Positions 60,645-64,000 of a DNA stretch of 64,000 bases are shown here, piece by piece. The stretch lies in NCBI GenBank assembly GCA_040400935.1, contig JBBAPH010000019.1:1140-65139 (forward strand), in the 5' to 3' direction. Under the pieces are notes generated by a model. The model did not search any database. It worked only from the letters and a program-made list of their open reading frames with translations, and had not been told where the DNA came from. Source of the DNA: Polaromonas sp. (GTDB lineage: Bacteria; Pseudomonadota; Gammaproteobacteria; Burkholderiales; Burkholderiaceae_C). Within the stretch, counting starts at the first letter, position 1. The number at the start of each line of letters is the position of its first letter. Made by a program: the position numbers and the translations under genes.

Positions 60645-61568
60645 ATGAGCACCACCCCGAGCCTCAACGCCCGCGCTTACGACGCCGCCCCCACCCGCCG
60701 CGTCGCCTTCCTAGGTCTGGGCGTCATGGGCTATCCCATGGCCGGCCACTTGGCGCTGGCCGGCCAGCAGGTCACGGTCTACAACCGCTCCCCGGCCAAA
60801 GCCCAAGCCTGGGTGCAAGAGTTCGCTGCCACCTCGGCTCCCCGAAGCGCCGCCACGCCGCGCCTGGCGGCTGCTGATGCGGACATCGTGTTTTGCTGCG
60901 TGGGCAATGACGACGACTTGCGCGCTGTGACGCTGGGCGCTGACGGTGCCTTTGCCGGCATGAAGCCCGGCGCGATTTTTGTGGACCACACCACCGCCTC
61001 GGCCAGCGTGGCGCGCGAGCTGTATGCCGCTGCCAAGCAGATTGGCCTGCACTTCGTTGACGCGCCGGTGTCCGGCGGCCAGGGCGGCGCGCAAAACGGC
61101 GCGCTGACCGTCATGTGCGGTGGCGATACGGCAGCCTTTGATGCCGTCAAGCCGGTCGGCGTCGCCTTTGCCAAAGCCTTCACGCTGATGGGTGCCAGCG
61201 GCGCCGGCCAGCTGACCAAGATGGTCAACCAAATCTGCATTGCCGGTCTGGTGCAAGGCCTGAGCGAGGCGGTGGCCTTCGGTCAAAAAGCCGGCTTGGA
61301 CATGAACCAGGTGCTGGACGTGATTGGCAAGGGCGCCGCGCAAAGCTGGCAGTTGGACAACCGCGGCAAAACCATGGTGGCCGACAAGTTTGACTTTGGC
61401 TTTGCGGTGGACTGGATGCGCAAAGACCTGGGCCTGGTGATGGACGAGTCCAAGCGCAACGGCGCTCGCTTGCCCGTGACCGCGCTGGTCGATCAGTTTT
61501 ATGGCGACGTGCAGGCCATGGGTGGCCAGCGCTGGGACACGTCCAGCCTGATCAAGCGCCTGACATAA
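60645..61568 (+). CDS. NAD(P)-dependent beta-hydroxyacid dehydrogenase (3-hydroxyisobutyrate dehydrogenase family)
   Basis: GLGVMGYPMA, DAPVSGG, GQLTKMVNQ, KDL. Confidence 0.9.
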   Translation: MSTTPSLNARAYDAAPTRRVAFLGLGVMGYPMAGHLALAGQQVTVYNRSPAKAQAWVQEFAATSAPRSAATPRLAAADADIVFCCVGNDDDLRAVTLGADGAFAGMKPGAIFVDHTTASASVARELYAAAKQIGLHFVDAPVSGGQGGAQNGALTVMCGGDTAAFDAVKPVGVAFAKAFTLMGASGAGQLTKMVNQICIAGLVQGLSEAVAFGQKAGLDMNQVLDVIGKGAAQSWQLDNRGKTMVADKFDFGFAVDWMRKDLGLVMDESKRNGARLPVTALVDQFYGDVQAMGGQRWDTSSLIKRLT

Positions 61569-61586
61569 AAGCCCCCCCCCAAAGAC

Positions 61587-61620
61587 AAAGGCCCGCTGAT
61601 GTGAATCAGCGGGCCTTTTT
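61587..61620. terminator. Bidirectional Rho-independent terminator
   Basis: AAAGGCCCGCTGAT-GTGA-ATCAGCGGGCCTTTTT between convergent genes. Confidence 0.88.
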
Positions 61621-61651
61621 CATGAGCGCTGAACGCTCAATAGGCAAAAGC

Positions 61652-62302
61652 TCAGAGCTTGACCGAGCCTGATGCAGCCGGTGCAGGCGCCGGCATGATG
61701 CGGCGCAGCTCTTCGTCCGTGATCTCTTCAAAAATCCGGACCACGCGTTTGACGCCCGGCACTGAGCGGGCCAGCTCGGTGGCACGCTCGGCTTCGCGCT
61801 TGGTCACGCGGCCCATCAGGTAGACCGTGCCGCGCTCGGTGACGACCTTGACCGCATTGGCTTGCAGGTCCTTGGCGTCGAACATCGCGGCCTTGACGCG
61901 GCTGGTCACCACCAAATCCGACGAGCGATCCAGCAGCGAAGGCGTGTTGGACACCGACAACTCGTTGACCACCGAGGTCACGCCATCCACCTTGGCAATG
62001 GCGTCCTGCACAGCTTGCTTGTCCTGGGCATTGGGCACTTCGCCGGTCATCAGCACCTGGCGGTTGTAACTGGTCAGGTCCACCCGCACGCGGGTGCCAA
62101 AGTTTTCCCGAATGCGGCTGCCAGCGCGCAGCTCAATGCCTTCGTCTTCCAGTTGGGTGCCAGAGGTGCGGCGGTCTGAGGCGACCAAGGCCGTGCCAGC
62201 GGCAGCGCCGAGCATCAAGGGGGCGCAAGCGGTCAATGTGCTAGCAGCTACGGCAGCAGTCACGGCGGCCAAGCTGAGTCGTTTGAATAAGTTTGCGTTC
62301 AT
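61652..62302 (-). CDS. Dual BON-domain lipoprotein (DolP/YraP-like)
   Basis: Lipobox LTAC, DRRT.G.Q.ED, two BON repeats (VLMTGEV, VYLMGRV). Confidence 0.9.
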   Translation of the reverse strand: MNANLFKRLSLAAVTAAVAASTLTACAPLMLGAAAGTALVASDRRTSGTQLEDEGIELRAGSRIRENFGTRVRVDLTSYNRQVLMTGEVPNAQDKQAVQDAIAKVDGVTSVVNELSVSNTPSLLDRSSDLVVTSRVKAAMFDAKDLQANAVKVVTERGTVYLMGRVTKREAERATELARSVPGVKRVVRIFEEITDEELRRIMPAPAPAASGSVKL

Positions 62303-62898
62303 GTGGGGTTCTCCTGATCACCTAATAACTGCGTGTCCACGCCGTCGCAAATGCAGTGCAGCACCAGGAGGTGAACCTCTTGAATGCGCGCTGTGCGGTC
62401 GTGCGGAACACAAATATGGACGTCGGTTTCGCGCAGGGCGTGCGTCATTTTGCCGCCGCCTTTGCCCGTCAGCGCCACCACGGTCATCTCGCGCTCGTGC
62501 GCCGCTTCAATGGCGGCCAGCACATTGGCCGAGTTGCCGCTGGTGCTGATGGCCAGCAGCACATCGCCACCCGTGCCAAAGGCGCGGACCTGCTTGGAAA
62601 AAATCACGTTGAAGTCGTAATCATTGCCAATGGCCGTCAAGATGGAACTGTCGGTGGTCAGCGCCATGGCGGCCAGTTCGGGGCGTTCGCGCTCGTAGCG
62701 GCCGACAAACTCAGCCGCAAAGTGCTGCGCGTCTGCGGCCGAGCCACCGTTGCCGCAGGCCAGCACCTTGCCGCCACTGGTGACGCTGGCCAATATGGCT
62801 TGCACAGCGGCTGCAATGGGTTTGGACAAGACTTGCGCAGCCTGGTACTTCAGGTCGGCGCTGTCAATAAAATGTTGTTCGATGCGTTGTTCAAGCAT
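62299..62898 (-). CDS. SIS-domain phosphoheptose isomerase GmhA/DiaA family
   Basis: CGNGGSAADAQH, TAIGND, ISTSGNS, TARIQEVH; position between yraN and the BON gene is that of diaA. Confidence 0.9.
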   Translation of the reverse strand: MLEQRIEQHFIDSADLKYQAAQVLSKPIAAAVQAILASVTSGGKVLACGNGGSAADAQHFAAEFVGRYERERPELAAMALTTDSSILTAIGNDYDFNVIFSKQVRAFGTGGDVLLAISTSGNSANVLAAIEAAHEREMTVVALTGKGGGKMTHALRETDVHICVPHDRTARIQEVHLLVLHCICDGVDTQLLGDQENPT

Positions 62899-62953
62899 GC
62901 GCCAATGATAGCGGCTGACCTTGATGCCAAGCCCTGCGCAAAGCGACAGGGCC

Positions 62954-63400
62954 TCAGGCTGAAGCGTCGAACGCGGCTTTTAACCAGGTCAGCTGCGGCT
63001 CGGCATCTGCGGCATCTGCGCCACCTTCCACCAGCACCACGTCAAAGCGGCAGGGCGGCGTGGTGGCCAAGCGCAACAGGTAGTGGCGAGCGGCAAACAC
63101 GATGCGCCGCTGCTTGAGCGCACCAATGCTGGCGCCGGCGCCGCCGTGGCTGCTACTGCTGCGCTGACGCACTTCCACAAACACCAGCGTGCCGTCCCGG
63201 TCGGTCATGACGAGATCAATTTCCCCGCCGCCTCTGCCCGGTGTCTTGAAGTTGGTGGCGAGCAAGCGCAGGCCGGCGCGTTCCAGGTGCCGGCGCGCCA
63301 ACGCTTCAGCCTGGTCACCCCGGCGCTTGGTGGTAACCTGCTTGCCCGAAGCGGCCGACTGCTGGCCTGCCTTCGCATCCTGCTTTCTGGAAAACCACAT
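62954..63400 (-). CDS. yraN: YraN family (UPF0102) putative endonuclease
   Basis: GDQAE..A...L, GEIDLV, LVFVEVR, CRFDVV; ATG at 63400. Confidence 0.88.
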   Translation of the reverse strand: MWFSRKQDAKAGQQSAASGKQVTTKRRGDQAEALARRHLERAGLRLLATNFKTPGRGGGEIDLVMTDRDGTLVFVEVRQRSSSSHGGAGASIGALKQRRIVFAARHYLLRLATTPPCRFDVVLVEGGADAADAEPQLTWLKAAFDASA

Positions 63401-64000
63401 TGAACGCTTCTTTCGACCTGGCCCTGGAGGCTGCGCGGGCCGCTGCTGGCTTGCAGCATTACCCGACAGGCGCACTGTACGTGGTCGCCACGCCGATTGG
63501 CAACCTGGCCGACATCAGCCTGCGGGCCCTGCACGTCATGGCCACGATGGACGCCATTGCTTGCGAAGACACCCGCCACACCCAGACCATGCTGCGCCTG
63601 TACGGCATCAACAAACCGCTGCTGCCGGTGCATGAACACAACGAGGCCGAGGCCAGCGCCAGCGTGGTGGAACGCCTGCAACGCGGCGAGCGTGTGGCCT
63701 ATGTCAGCGATGCCGGCACACCCGCCGTGAGCGACCCCGGCGCGCGCCTGGTGGCAGCCGCCCGCGTGGCCGGCTGCCCCATCTTGCCCCTGCCCGGCGC
63801 CAGCAGCGTGACGGCCGTGCTCAGCGTAGCCGGCATTTCCGGCGGACGCGGTTTTGTGTTTGCGGGCTTTTTGTCCAGCAAGTCGGCCGAGCGCGAGCAA
63901 GCCGTGCTGGCGCTGCAAAGCCAGCCCGAGGCGGTGGTGCTGCTGGAAGCGCCGCACCGCATCGAGGCCCTGGCCCGCGCCCTCGCCGTGCTGGCCGGCC
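63400..64000 (+). CDS. rsmI: 16S rRNA C1402 2'-O-methyltransferase RsmI (3'-truncated by window edge)
   Basis: Hand-translated from TTG 63400: LYVVATPIGNLADIS, ACEDTRHT, VSDAGTPAVSDPG, PLPGASS, LEAPHRI; no stop before the window end, so absent from the ORF track. Confidence 0.93.
   Translation, partial: MNASFDLALEAARAAAGLQHYPTGALYVVATPIGNLADISLRALHVMATMDAIACEDTRHTQTMLRLYGINKPLLPVHEHNEAEASASVVERLQRGERVAYVSDAGTPAVSDPGARLVAAARVAGCPILPLPGASSVTAVLSVAGISGGRGFVFAGFLSSKSAEREQAVLALQSQPEAVVLLEAPHRIEALARALAVLAG

Overview
GC-rich bacterial chromosomal segment. Gene content (PhaM, Bug solute-binding proteins, DUF1840, DUF3567, recG-oxyR-dps-ubiA, yggS/pilT, yraN/rsmI) points to Burkholderiales, most likely Comamonadaceae; this is an inference, not a database result. 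The window is mostly core genome. It holds the complete spc and alpha ribosomal operon (rplN to rplQ, minus strand) ending in an initiator tRNA-Met, plus proC, ubiA, dps, oxyR, recG, queA, tgt, purU, glcD, pilT, yggS, a gmhA/diaA-like gene, yraN and the start of rsmI. Accessory parts: a Crp/Fnr-linked uptake cluster with two acyl-CoA ligases and a Liv-type ABC transporter; a LigD/SDR/isochorismatase stress-type islet next to the tRNA, with no Ku in the window; a FIST-PhaM pair; a PAS-GGDEF-EAL protein divergent from an RRM-like/bactofilin pair; and two families of REP-like palindromes. I saw no integrase, transposase, prophage or CRISPR array. The most interesting hypothesis is the 48.8-54.8 kb cluster: a class-III aminotransferase divergent from purU, a GcvA-like LysR, glcD, cidA and lrgB. 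Its members parallel the photorespiratory C2 pathway and suggest a CidA/LrgB glycolate importer. All product calls come from motif recognition by eye.
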